Shown here: in pieces, positions 44,816-55,500 of the stretch | Position numbering within the stretch: the first letter of the stretch is position 1 | How the letters are laid out: the number at the start of each line of letters is the position of its first letter | Virus record (IMG/VR): IMGVR_UViG_3300033463_000085 | Span: 12,903-76,902 of that record | Source: a virus | Taxonomy: Duplodnaviria; Caudoviricetes | Reading direction: 5' to 3' (one strand) | DNA length: 64,000 bases | Program-made: the position numbers and the translations under genes | Notes under the pieces: model-generated | What the model was told of the DNA's origin: nothing | The model's input: the letters and a program-made list of their open reading frames with translations, nothing else | Databases searched by the model: none

Positions 44816-45592
44816 ATGCAAGGTGAAACCGTAGACGCCATCCAATGGCCGAGGGCCAAATACTGGACTAAACAGTGGAACCCCGTTATCGGCTGCAAGC
44901 CGTGCAGCCCCGCTTGCGAAAACTGCTATGCGGCGGCGTGGGCCAAGAGGTTCGGCCAATCGTTCGAGCCGCACGCGACAAAGCAGAAGCCGCCGCGCTC
45001 CGGCATAGTGTTCTGCGGGAACATGACCGACCTGTTTGGGGAGTGGCGTAGCAGTCCAGAAATGGTGGTGACTGTCAGAACGCCACCCAGAACGCATGAA
45101 TCGCAATATCTGTGGCTCACAAAGCGGGTGGTCAATATGGTGCAGTCGCTCAGACACATTCAAGACTGCTTTCAGATCCCTGGATATTGGTATGGCAACC
45201 ACTACTTCGGCTTCACCGCCGAAAGCCAGGAGTGGTACGACAAGCGGCTCGGGCTTCGCTCCGCTTCTGGTTTCCCGTGGCCGGACTGGGCCAATCTGTG
45301 GGTTTCGTGCGAACCTCTGCTCGGCCCGATAGACCTCGGGCTCATGTGGGACGGCGAGCCGATAAAGCCCGTCTACAAATGGGTGGTCGTTGGCTGTGAA
45401 TCCGGCCCGAAGCGCCGCCCCTGCAAAATCGAGTGGGTCGAATCCATCGTCGAACAATGCAAGGCCGCGAAAATCCCTGTGTTCGTGAAGCAAATCGACA
45501 TAAACGGTGCGTGCGAGACGGATATAAACAAATTTCCTGCACATCTTAGGATTCGTCAGGTTCCGTGGGCCAGCAAGGGAGGTTTGACATGA
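44816..45592 (+). CDS. DUF5131 (phage gp37/gp68) radical-SAM-like protein
   Basis: WNPVIGCKPCSPACENCYA, NMTDLF, LTKR, SCEPLLG, WVVVGCESG, FVKQ. Confidence 0.88.
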   Translation: MQGETVDAIQWPRAKYWTKQWNPVIGCKPCSPACENCYAAAWAKRFGQSFEPHATKQKPPRSGIVFCGNMTDLFGEWRSSPEMVVTVRTPPRTHESQYLWLTKRVVNMVQSLRHIQDCFQIPGYWYGNHYFGFTAESQEWYDKRLGLRSASGFPWPDWANLWVSCEPLLGPIDLGLMWDGEPIKPVYKWVVVGCESGPKRRPCKIEWVESIVEQCKAAKIPVFVKQIDINGACETDINKFPAHLRIRQVPWASKGGLT

Positions 45593-45831
45593 GCCGCAAC
45601 TGCCTCATCGGGATGTCGAAGAGCCTGTGCGACAACTGCGTCAAGGTTCCCGACAAGCCGCAAAATGCCCTTACGCGGAGCGCGGCCCCGTATGGCTACA
45701 TCTGCAAAATCGGCGCGTGGCGTCCCGGACGATGCTGCTCAAAGGGCGGCTGCCTGTGCTACAACCGCACGGAAAAGAAAGATATGTGACTTCGGAATAA
45801 AACCGGAACAAAAGAAAAGGAGAACGCGACA

Positions 45832-46251
45832 ATGAACTGCAAGGCCAAATGCAAGCGATACACGATTGACGAAATAAGGGCGCGAGAACCAGATCCCGAA
45901 GAATGGGAGCTTCGCAACGACATGGTGAAAAAAGTCACCGTCCAATGTTGCGAATACGGCTTTCTTTCGCTCGGCATCGACTATGTGAGCGGACGGCAGG
46001 GCGTTGGCTACGGACACGCCAACAATTCGAACATTGGGCTGATGATTCACGACTTCGCCGACTTGCTCGGCGTAGGCTATATCAACGGCGATGTTATGGA
46101 GGCCATGAGGAACAAGCCGATACGGGTTATGTTCAAGACCGATTATGGCGGCAGGGTCGTCGATTCGACCTACATCGGCAACTTCATGGAGGACAAGTTC
46201 ATAAAGATGTCCGAGCTCGTTCTGCTCGGCTTAGACAAGGAGGAAAAATGA
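45832..46251 (+). CDS. Hypothetical protein
   Basis: RBS AAAAGGAGAACGCGAC; IGNFMEDKF C-terminus. Confidence 0.6.
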   Translation: MNCKAKCKRYTIDEIRAREPDPEEWELRNDMVKKVTVQCCEYGFLSLGIDYVSGRQGVGYGHANNSNIGLMIHDFADLLGVGYINGDVMEAMRNKPIRVMFKTDYGGRVVDSTYIGNFMEDKFIKMSELVLLGLDKEEK

Positions 46252-46985
46252 GCTTGTACAATCTCGTGAACGGGCACAGCGTCGGCTGCTTGCTCGTCAT
46301 GCCGATGCTGGGCCGGAAGCCGGACGAATATCCGAGATTCCGCGATTGCTTCTTCAGAAAGGCCGACGACGGGACGCGCGAAATCCACATATTGACGCGG
46401 GTTGGCTCGCTCAACCAGAACTACGGAATGGGCGAGGAGGCGCTTTACAAGCTCCCCGGCTATATCCGGTTCGAGGATTGCGACGAGGACAGGACATACG
46501 GGACATACATATTCAAATGCCCCGAGAAGTGGAAGCCCGACTTCGACGCAATCGTAGCCCGCAAGCTGTCCGCGCTCTCCGAGGACTACTTCGCAATGCA
46601 GAGGAGGTTCTGGGACGACGCGGGAGAACGCGCCGTTGCGCAGATAAAGGCCGCGATTGCGAAGTACGAGAACAAGCGCCTCGCGCTCGCCGACATCCTC
46701 GCGGAAATGCGAAACGGCCCGACGCCGAAGCATAGAATCGACACCGAGCTGACGGCGCACTACGCCGACTTGATACAGGAGGCGATAAAGGATGAGGCCG
46801 CCGCGCTGGAGCGAATCGTCCGCGACGCGGTAATAGACTACTCCGAGCAATATGTCAACGCCCCCAACGACGATGTAGAGCGGGAATTGAAGGAACGCGC
46901 CGCGAAAGCGAACGCTTGGCTTGCCGCCCACGGATTCAAGGAGGAGCATGTCGTATGGAGCAAGGAGGAAGCGCCATGTCTGTAA
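46248..46985 (+). CDS. Hypothetical protein
   Basis: Start MSLYNLVNG; RFRDCF, ILTRVG, DRTYGTYIF. Confidence 0.6.
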   Translation: MSLYNLVNGHSVGCLLVMPMLGRKPDEYPRFRDCFFRKADDGTREIHILTRVGSLNQNYGMGEEALYKLPGYIRFEDCDEDRTYGTYIFKCPEKWKPDFDAIVARKLSALSEDYFAMQRRFWDDAGERAVAQIKAAIAKYENKRLALADILAEMRNGPTPKHRIDTELTAHYADLIQEAIKDEAAALERIVRDAVIDYSEQYVNAPNDDVERELKERAAKANAWLAAHGFKEEHVVWSKEEAPCL

Positions 46986-47758
46986 ACGAACACGAGACAC
47001 ACGCGGCTGTCGTGGCGGATATACACAAAATTGCCAAGCGTTTTCACGAAGACTATTTGAGCGACCCTGTGGAGTTCAAAGGGTACGAAAGAATAGCCAA
47101 CGAGTTCTCAACGCTCGCCAGCCGTTTCGAGGCGGCGCACAAGCGCGAGGTGGACGCACTCAAGCAGAGACTCGCCGAGCTGAACGCCGAGATCGCCGCG
47201 AAGGACGCGGTGATCATGTGGCTTAACGACGCGCTTGCGGAAGAGCAGGGGCGCAAGATGACAACTGCCGAGAAAAACGCGGCGAAGTTGCCCGACGGGT
47301 GGAAAATGTACGACAAGTACCAAATCCGCCACACCGACGGGACACCGCTGAAAGGCAAGCGATACTTCGTGCTACGCCTCGACTCCGACGACCCGCTTGA
47401 AGCTGCGCGTGTTGCTGCCGCAATGTCCGCATACAAAGGCGAGGCGCAGTCCGGCAACGTTGCCGCGATGCGCAAGGCGTTGGCGCGAGCGACGAGAACG
47501 CTCTCCGCGTGGCGTCGTGACTTGCCTTGCCGAGCATGGAGCGAAATAGACGAGGCGATAGACAAGTGCAATACCGCCCTCGCCGCGCCGCCGCGCAACT
47601 GCGACATTCCGGCAAAGGACATGGGCGAGTGGTGCGATAGGTTCTACGATTATGTCCGGCGCAACAACCCTGCTTGCATAAGGCCTTCGCCCCTCTACAC
47701 ATACCACGACGCGATTAAGTGGATGCTCGACGAGGCCAACACGAACAAGGAGGCGTGA
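46976..47758 (+). CDS. PRNCD-module family protein 1
   Basis: ALAAPPRNCD near the C-terminus, shared with paralogues. Confidence 0.6.
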   Translation: MSVNEHETHAAVVADIHKIAKRFHEDYLSDPVEFKGYERIANEFSTLASRFEAAHKREVDALKQRLAELNAEIAAKDAVIMWLNDALAEEQGRKMTTAEKNAAKLPDGWKMYDKYQIRHTDGTPLKGKRYFVLRLDSDDPLEAARVAAAMSAYKGEAQSGNVAAMRKALARATRTLSAWRRDLPCRAWSEIDEAIDKCNTALAAPPRNCDIPAKDMGEWCDRFYDYVRRNNPACIRPSPLYTYHDAIKWMLDEANTNKEA

Positions 47759-47762
47759 GACT

Positions 47763-48269
47763 ATGAAGATTGAACTTACAGGCGAAATAGCCGAATACTA
47801 CGGAGAGCAGAATCCCGACCTTGCACCGCTCCCGAAGAAGGGCGTTGTGCTGTCGGCTACGGAGGACGAACTACGGGCTGTGCGTTTTCCCAAAATGCAG
47901 GGCGAGTTGGCTCTTGTTCCGTCCGAAGCAGTCTGCAACATGGCGAATAATGCGTTGAGTGCCGCGCTGGAACAGGTCAACAAGGTATATGACATACTGT
48001 CCAGACCATGCGTGTTTTTAGAAGAAGCACGCCAAGGTTGTCGTGAAGCACGTGGAGTTCTCATACCCGCCCTCGCCGCGCCGCCAAGGAACTGTGACAG
48101 GTTTAACAGCGGCGACCCCGTGAAGGACGCGGACGACGCATACGCCGAATGGCAGAGGTGGTGCGACGCCGCAGATATGCCGCCGTCCTGCAAGGTTGAA
48201 TCTTCATTCAGGCAATGGCTCTTCGCAACTGCGAAGCCAAACGCGAAAGGAGCTACCGATGGCAAGTAA
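47763..48269 (+). CDS. PRNCD-module family protein 2
   Basis: ALAAPPRNCDRF...FRQWLFA. Confidence 0.6.
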   Translation: MKIELTGEIAEYYGEQNPDLAPLPKKGVVLSATEDELRAVRFPKMQGELALVPSEAVCNMANNALSAALEQVNKVYDILSRPCVFLEEARQGCREARGVLIPALAAPPRNCDRFNSGDPVKDADDAYAEWQRWCDAADMPPSCKVESSFRQWLFATAKPNAKGATDGK

Positions 48270-48564
48270 AATGCGCGACGCGCTTGTAGCCGTCAAGGAA
48301 CTGCTCGACGGCGGCATTATGTTCCATAGCGCAACTCGCAAAGTCCACGAGCAGGTGAACGATGCGCTTTCCGGTCCCCGCCTAAATTGCGAAGTCGGGA
48401 CGGTGCAGGAGCAGTCGGAGCGGTTTCGCGACTACTGCGAGGCGCACAAAGACAAATATGCAGAGTGTCTGTACTGCCCGCTTGTCGGCGAGACTGGCGG
48501 ACACTGCGAACTGGCTTGGGCGCAAATGCCCTATGAAGAAAGCGAGGCGAAGAAATGCAATTAG
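48259..48564 (+). CDS. PRNCD-module family protein 3
   Basis: MRDALVAV...ALSGPRLNCEV...WAQMPYE. Confidence 0.55.
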   Translation: MASKMRDALVAVKELLDGGIMFHSATRKVHEQVNDALSGPRLNCEVGTVQEQSERFRDYCEAHKDKYAECLYCPLVGETGGHCELAWAQMPYEESEAKKCN

Positions 48565-48944
48565 GTATCAGAGACGGGCATTTGACGGAAGACGTTATAC
48601 GTCCCGCTTTTAACTATTGCCGCATCCTAATGTTGCCGTTCAACGAACTGGCGTATCACGAAGTTGAACCGACATATCGCAGTAGGCTACATAATAACAT
48701 AGCATTTTATCTCGACATAGATAGAGAACTGGTTGAGGCGGCTTTTGACAAGGCGAAAAGCGGCTATCGTCATTTTGACGACATCGCAAAAGTTCTTGAC
48801 AGGTTTTGTGACGAGTTGAAACGCTGTGCAGAACTATCAGAGAAGGAACGCCATCCGTCTGTTTTGTCGATAGACGAGTTAAAGAATATTCACATAGATG
48901 GATTGCCGAGCATGAGAGATTCAGAAAGTGGGGTGACGAAATGA
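48555..48944 (+). CDS. Hypothetical protein (visibly lower GC)
   Basis: ORF track; AT-richer sequence than the flanks. Confidence 0.5.
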   Translation: MQLGIRDGHLTEDVIRPAFNYCRILMLPFNELAYHEVEPTYRSRLHNNIAFYLDIDRELVEAAFDKAKSGYRHFDDIAKVLDRFCDELKRCAELSEKERHPSVLSIDELKNIHIDGLPSMRDSESGVTK

Positions 48945-49594
48945 GAGTTGTAAGATACACGTTCGACGTATGCCTACGCGACGGAATAAACAAGGACGAA
49001 TACAGCATGGGCAGTTTGATTGCGAAGTCGATTCTTGACACCGCTGGCGTATGTGGTTGCGAACTATCTCACAAGGCGGATGCCGAGGGGTACAGTTCCG
49101 TCAATGTGAACGACGCTATAAAGTGGCAACGCACTAACAGGCGTTGGCTTGGCGATAAGGGCGGCTCTCTATGACCTTCGCAGAGGCGATAGAACAGATG
49201 CGCAGGGGCGCGATGGTACGCGAGAAGGGGACTACCCTTTGGACGTGGCGGGGCGCAAGCGGGCGATGCTACTACGGTCTGAGACGCAATCATCCGCTAC
49301 AGTTCAGAGACACGTTCCTGTGCGCCGAAGTGTTCGGCGACGGCGAATGGGAAGTGAAGAATGAAGGAGGCGAATCGTGAAGGTGATAATGGCTGGCGAC
49401 ATCATCGAATCCATTGTGCAGAGCGTGATGCAAGCCCTGCCCTACTCCGAGGAGGCCGTATTGCGCGGCATACTGGAGGAGGGGCTGCCGGAGCGCGGCA
49501 TAGTCATCGAGGCGACGAAGGAGGAACTATCTGAACAGACCGGCAACCTTCTCTACAGGGATGTGACAGTCACACCGAAAGGAGCAAACTGAAA

Positions 49595-50275
49595 ATGAAC
49601 GAGTTAGACAGAGCCATACTGCTGGAGACGCGGGCAAGGCGTCTTCGGGTAGCAAAGCAAATCGGCGACATCCTCGGCACGAGATTCCTGCTCGCGGGCG
49701 GTGCGCTCACAAAGGACGACAACCCGAAGGACTTTGACATCTACGGCGTTGACGCCCCGATTCTGATTTCCGCCGTCGAACACAGGGTGCTGTGCCACGA
49801 GGCTACACGCGGCTACCTCTCCAAGACGGCTAACGCAATCACGGCGAACATCTACGGGCAGACAGTCCAGTTCTGTTCGTACTTCAAGCCCACCCCGCAG
49901 GAAACTGTCGCGGCTTTCGACTTCGCCCACTGCAAGGCGGGCGCGGTGTTCGGCGCGGACGGCTTGTTGCAGGAGGTCGTCGCCACGGACGACTTTTGGC
50001 TCTCGGAGAGCAACGGCACGACGTGGTACACGGGTAGCGAATACCCGCTGTCGTCGCTCATGCGCCTTATGAAGTTCCACAAGCGCGGATTGTTCGAGGG
50101 CGGTACGCACAAGTCCGCCGCAGTTAGAATCCTCTGCGACATCGTGGAGCGCGGCTTCAAGGACTACGAAGACTTCTTCGACCAGTGCTCGTCCATATCT
50201 GAATCGTTCAAAGACTACAACAGCGTGGACGGTGAAGTCCTTTACGAACTCCTACACAAGAAAGGAGAGGACTGA
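49595..50275 (+). CDS. Pol-beta-superfamily nucleotidyltransferase-like protein
   Basis: LAGGAL...KDFDIY, FDFAHCK, YPLSSLMRLMKF. Confidence 0.7.
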   Translation: MNELDRAILLETRARRLRVAKQIGDILGTRFLLAGGALTKDDNPKDFDIYGVDAPILISAVEHRVLCHEATRGYLSKTANAITANIYGQTVQFCSYFKPTPQETVAAFDFAHCKAGAVFGADGLLQEVVATDDFWLSESNGTTWYTGSEYPLSSLMRLMKFHKRGLFEGGTHKSAAVRILCDIVERGFKDYEDFFDQCSSISESFKDYNSVDGEVLYELLHKKGED

Positions 50276-51709
50276 AAATGAGGAAGTGCGACATCGAAAA
50301 ACTTGACTGGACTACCGCCTACTCGTACAGGCGCGACACCACGCCCCACAACATCGAACTGACCCTGCCGTTCGAGACGATGAAGGCAATCTGCGACAAG
50401 TGGAGCCTCCGCCCCGAACTAGGCGCGGGTGAAGCCTCTTACTCCGCGTTCCGCGACTGGCTCTGCCGCCACCGCAGGACGCGAAGCCTGTTCTACGGAC
50501 ACGGGACGGGCTTCGACATCCAATCGCTCGTGGAACTGTTTAACGATGACTTGAAAAACACCGAAAAACTAATGGAAGGAGAAGCAGGGAAATGAGAAGC
50601 GACGAATACAGCGAATGGGACGAATACATCGGCCTTGAAGCAATGAAGCACATTGTAGAAAATGCGATAACCGAAATCGCGCAAACTGTAAACGCCATAC
50701 GCGACAAGCGCACCACGGACATGGAGAGCGCAATAAAGACGCTTCACCGCAACAGCGAATATCTCGATGTGGTGCGGGCCTCTTTATGTGCATTGCGCAA
50801 TCAGCTATCGCAATGTACTATGGTCGGAACAAAAATAATGGCCAATGGAGAATCCACAATCAAAGAGGAAACAAGAGAGGAGCAGTCATGAAGGTGATAG
50901 ACCTAAACATAAACGAATGGCAGGAATGGCTCGAAAAGTTCAAGGCGAGCGATGAATACGAGGTCGGTCGTGCGCCCATTGCGATGCGCATTGAGAACAC
51001 GCCGTTCACGACAGGCCGCTTCGCCGGAGGGATGACCTACAACGGGACGCGATACACATACTTCGAGCCGAAGGTTCCCGGAGAGCCGCCGAACCCCGAC
51101 GGAACGCCCCATGTGGCGTGGCTGATGGTTCGCATGGACTTTCTCATGTGGCTCACAAAGCGTCTCAAGGCCGGAGGCGGAAAGCGCGGGAAAGGCGGTG
51201 CGAAATGAGCGACAATACCGAAATAGAACGCCCCGCCAACTGCGGCGAGTGCGCGAAGTTCTGGGAATGCAAGGGGGATGGCTACGACGGCTTCTGCGAC
51301 AATTGGGCTGGCGTCCCCCTCAAGAAAACTGATGTGTGCCACCCCAACATGGGCCGCAAGAAAACGGGAGGTGCGAAGTGAGCGACAACCGGAAATACGA
51401 CAGGGCGGCCCGTGAATGGCTGCACAAGGAACACCCCGATGTCCCCTGTTGGCGATGTGCGCGTTGCCAGGGCATAGGAGTCAGCGCTTGCACCTGCCGC
51501 GACGACAACGGAAGCATTATGGTAATCCCATACAACGCGGAGCACAACTCGTGCATGTTCGTGTGGGATGTTGAGGCGGCGGCCCGCGAGGCCAGATCAA
51601 GACTCGGCTTCATGGGCTACGAATCGCTCCCGCCGATGGTGAAGGATGTCTACAACATTCTCGACAGCTCATTGAGCTACCAAGCCAAACTAGACAGGGA
51701 GAACGCGCG

Positions 51710-52126
51710 ATGACGACGACGATTTTTGGTATCGCGCTCGCTCCTCTCTTCGCGGCGATGGCGCAGGTAGAGAGCGACGATGGGCGCACGAGCAACAACA
51801 TATATCAAATAAGCGATGTCTACATTGATGATGTCAACAGAATAACGGAAAGCGCCAGCATAACTGTTAGGCATCACGGGCGGCGGATTCCGTATTCAAT
51901 AAATGATAAATTCGACAGAGCCGCGTCCGAGGCCATGATGGCGACATATTGGCTGTACTACGGCACAAGATACATGACACTAACAGGCGAACGGCCTACT
52001 GTCGAGGTGTTCGCCCGCATCCACAACGGCGGGCCGAACGGATGGAAGAAACCGTCAACTCTCAAGTATTGGCACAAGGTCAAAGCCGCAATCGAGGCGG
52101 CAGAAGCGGAAGGGGCTGGACGATGA
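51710..52126 (+). CDS. Invertebrate-type (destabilase-like) lysozyme/transglycosylase
   Basis: QVES, YQIS..YIDD, FARIHNGGPNG, YWHKVK; hydrophobic N-terminus. Confidence 0.75.
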   Translation: MTTTIFGIALAPLFAAMAQVESDDGRTSNNIYQISDVYIDDVNRITESASITVRHHGRRIPYSINDKFDRAASEAMMATYWLYYGTRYMTLTGERPTVEVFARIHNGGPNGWKKPSTLKYWHKVKAAIEAAEAEGAGR

Positions 52127-52727
52127 AGCCGAAATACGCCGACTGCTGCGATTGGTTCGACGCCGCGACTGGCAAATGCCGGAACCCGAACAAAGACCGC
52201 TCCCCGAAAACCGCAACCATCGCTGGCCATGTCGTGGATGTGACATGGAACGGCAAATGCATCGACGAGGAAACCGCGAATGACATACGGGCCGGAAAGT
52301 GCCGCCCGCCGCTCTCTTGCGAAATGGCCGAGTGCGATGTCGGCTCGTTGATTGCCAAAAGCAAGCCGTTTACGAGCGTATGCCCCAGGGGAGGTCGTAA
52401 AGGATTTGAGGGCCAGCGCATGAAAACCGTCTACGACCGGAACGGCGACATCGTTTGCTGCACAAGCGTAGTCTACAGGACGGATGGCGAAAGCAAAGAC
52501 CTCGCCGAACTTATCGCCAAGGCCCTCAACCAATACGGCGAGGACAACACGGGAAAGGAAGGAATGGCATGATGGCGTGGAGGAAATGCCGCAACTGCGG
52601 CGTGTGGCACAAATCCAATGAGGGGGGGGGGTGTATTGCGTCCAATGCCTCCGGCGGGGACAGAGCGAATGGACGATACGGACGGCGAGAATGAGAAAGG
52701 CCAAATGGTGGCGATAGCGGAGGACTT

Positions 52728-53300
52728 ATGAATCGTGGCGAGTGGCAAGAACTAAAAGAGCGGATATTCCGCGATTTCCCCAACCTGTGCTGGGTTGAGA
52801 ATGTCAAGATGCGCCGGAGCATGGGCGAGCGGTATGGAGCCGACGAAGACCCTTATTTCGACGAGCATGGAGATTCAATCAACCTCCCGTGGGTGGTTTG
52901 CGACGACCCTTGCGCCCCGCTCTGCGAAATATTCGGGCTGTGCGGCTGCGGAGCGCCAGATGATGTCATAAGACGGTTCTACTATCCGTTCCTCAAGGCG
53001 ATAGACGAGAGGCGCGAGTGGGAGCGGTCGCACTCCATGCTGGATAGCTTCAAGCGCTACAACGATATGCTTGCCGATAACATGATGAGGGTGATGTCCG
53101 GCAGAAGGGTCAACCTGACGGCCTTCAAGGTCGTGGACGACCAAACGGTCGAATACCTCGTCCTCTATGTCCTCAACGACAAGGGACTGACGGAACACGG
53201 CACGAGCATCGGCGGGTGCTGGCTTACGGAAAAAGGCAAGACGGCCCTCGCCATTTGCAAGGCTGTGTTTGCGGAAGAAAGTAAGGAGGCGGAGGCATGA
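52728..53300 (+). CDS. Hypothetical protein
   Basis: LCGCGAPD; LTEHGTSIGGCWLTEKG (winged-helix-like end). Confidence 0.6.
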   Translation: MNRGEWQELKERIFRDFPNLCWVENVKMRRSMGERYGADEDPYFDEHGDSINLPWVVCDDPCAPLCEIFGLCGCGAPDDVIRRFYYPFLKAIDERREWERSHSMLDSFKRYNDMLADNMMRVMSGRRVNLTAFKVVDDQTVEYLVLYVLNDKGLTEHGTSIGGCWLTEKGKTALAICKAVFAEESKEAEA

Positions 53301-53840
53301 GAGTTCTGTGCGCAAGAATGCGCCGTTGGTGGCGTCGCAACTTCGGGTGCGTCTATCTTTCCGAGAACGGGGCCGACTGGTATCGCTTCCGCGCACGGCG
53401 CGGGCGCGTCGCCCTCGTGTGGAACACGCTTTGCGGCGCGATTCCGTTCTATTGCCGCCTCGACGAATCCGGCCTCGTGCTGAACGAACACGACGATAGC
53501 ATGAGGGGCTACGGACGGCCATACGGCTCGTGGCGGTGGGACTACGAGCCTCGCGGGAGGCTTGTCGGGGAAGGAGGCTACTGGTGAGGCTTTGCGAATT
53601 CGAGACATCCTCGCGCCGAGAGAGCTGGGGCCTGTATCTGTTCGCGTGGGCGAAATACAAGCGCGGCGACATCCCTACATCCGGCGAATACGACTACATC
53701 AGCAAGCGCGTCCACGCCAAATTCCCGACGGCGGAGCTCGTAAAGATGCGCCGGACGACGATAGCCGACAAGGACGGCGGAAATTCCACGCTCGTATGGT
53801 GGGAGTTCACTTGGTTTGTTGACGAAAGGAAAGCCAAACA

Positions 53841-54188
53841 ATGAGACAGTTGAAGCGAAGCGAGTGCGCCATTCTCCCGCTTGTCCTCAAGCGGAAATGG
53901 TACGACATGATATCCTCCGGCGAAAAGCGCGAGGAATACCGGGACGACAAGCCGCATTGGCGGACACGCATAAAGCGGTGGCGCTCCGCACAGAGCCACG
54001 GCTGGGACGAGATGGACAAAAACAAGTTTCTCGTCATCGGGTTCTCGTGCGGCTACAGGAAGTCCGACATGTTCTTCCTGTCGCACATGACAGATTTGCG
54101 CGATTATCCGCTCCACCCGGAATGGGGCGAGCCAGAAACGCCACACTATGCTCTCGTGCTTCGTGAGCGCGTCGAGATCGCGGACTGA
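53841..54188 (+). CDS. ASCH/PUA-like domain protein
   Basis: LVLKRKWYDMISSGEKREEYR. Confidence 0.8.
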   Translation: MRQLKRSECAILPLVLKRKWYDMISSGEKREEYRDDKPHWRTRIKRWRSAQSHGWDEMDKNKFLVIGFSCGYRKSDMFFLSHMTDLRDYPLHPEWGEPETPHYALVLRERVEIAD

Positions 54189-54423
54189 ATTTCCATACAA
54201 CAAAACCGAAAGGAGAAATGCAGAAAATGAAACACCCAGAACTGGCGTTGGTAAAGGAATTCCGCTGTGAAGTCTGCGAAGCGCATAGCGATTTCCCGAC
54301 AGTTCGCATAATTGCGGAGGTCGCAATGAGCAGAGGATGCGTTTTCGAGGTAAAATCGGACGCCATAAAGCGCGACATCGAAAAGTCTGTCAAGCAATCC
54401 GTCGTATATGTGGAGGATGTGCC

Positions 54424-54951
54424 ATGCGAGTAGAAGGCGAGGAGATAAGCGCCGTCGTGAGGGACATGGACGAGTTCTCCGACAAATGCATCGGTTCTAG
54501 GAGAGCCACGACGGAAGAAGCGCTCGCGTTGATAATCCACCAATACGCAAGGCGCGTGGAGGAGGCGGCGAAGCGTGCCGAGGCCGTGTTTGCGCACGAA
54601 CTGGAGCGACATAAATGCGCCGCCGGAAACATCGCGGCCCTGCGCGGGCAGATTATGAACTGCATATCGAGGCTGAAATCCATCGCGATGCAGAACCGCG
54701 AATGGCAGATGTGCGCCAACAACGACATCATGGAATGTGAAGCGGCTCTTTCCGCTCCTTCGAAGAACTGCGACCGCTTCTTGAGCGCCGACGACGCGAT
54801 AGACGGATTGGTTCGGAGCGGCATGCGCTTCTTGAGCGCGAACGCCCGCGAGGCGATATACTGGCTTTTCGCAAAGGCGGACTTTGGCGGCGCGAGGCCC
54901 GACCCGACGAAATGTGGCGACGACTTCACAAGGCAGGGAGCAGACAAGTGA
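54424..54951 (+). CDS. PRNCD-module family protein 4
   Basis: GNIAALR...AALSAPSKNCDRF...AIYWLFA. Confidence 0.55.
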   Translation: MRVEGEEISAVVRDMDEFSDKCIGSRRATTEEALALIIHQYARRVEEAAKRAEAVFAHELERHKCAAGNIAALRGQIMNCISRLKSIAMQNREWQMCANNDIMECEAALSAPSKNCDRFLSADDAIDGLVRSGMRFLSANAREAIYWLFAKADFGGARPDPTKCGDDFTRQGADK

Positions 54952-55500
54952 GCAATCCAATAATTAAAATCATCGAGGGGGGGGGGCAGGCCAATTCTCG
55001 ACGCCTGTTGCGGGGGCAAGATGTTTTACTTCGACAAGAAAGACCCCCGCGTCATATCCCAAGACATACGAACCGTGCCGCGACACAAGATAGAGTCGAA
55101 CGGCTCCTATTTCGAGGTTGCGCCGGATGTCGTAGGGGATTTTCGGAACATGGGATTTCCCGACAACTCGTTCTCGGCCGTGATATTCGACCCGCCCCAC
55201 CTCAAGTGCGGAGAGACATCCTTCATGTTCCACAAATACGGTTCGCTCGGCTCGGCTTGGGAGGAGGATTTGCGGCGCGGATTCGCAGAATGCTTCCGCG
55301 TCCTCAAGCCGGATGGCATTCTCGTTTTCAAGTGGTGCGATTCATTCCGCTCGCTGGAGGCGGTGATGGCTCTCGCGCCATACGAGCCCGTGATATGGCA
55401 CAAGACTGTATCGCGAAGCGGAAGCAAGTTCACATATTTTGTGATATTCGTGAAGCGGCACAAGAAGGAGGTTTTTGAAGATGACGAAAGCCAACGATGA
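54948..55500 (+). pseudogene. SAM-dependent DNA methyltransferase frameshifted at a G10 tract (candidate phase-variable)
   Basis: GTG 54948 overlaps the upstream stop. Motif I ILDACCGGKMF and catalytic DPPH lie in the next frame; G10 at 54977-54986 separates them. Confidence 0.75.

Noticed and set aside
44816-45592. 7-deazaguanine or other DNA hypermodification pathway
   Set aside because: No queC/D/E, folE or dpdA-like genes recognised; DUF5131 alone is not sufficient.
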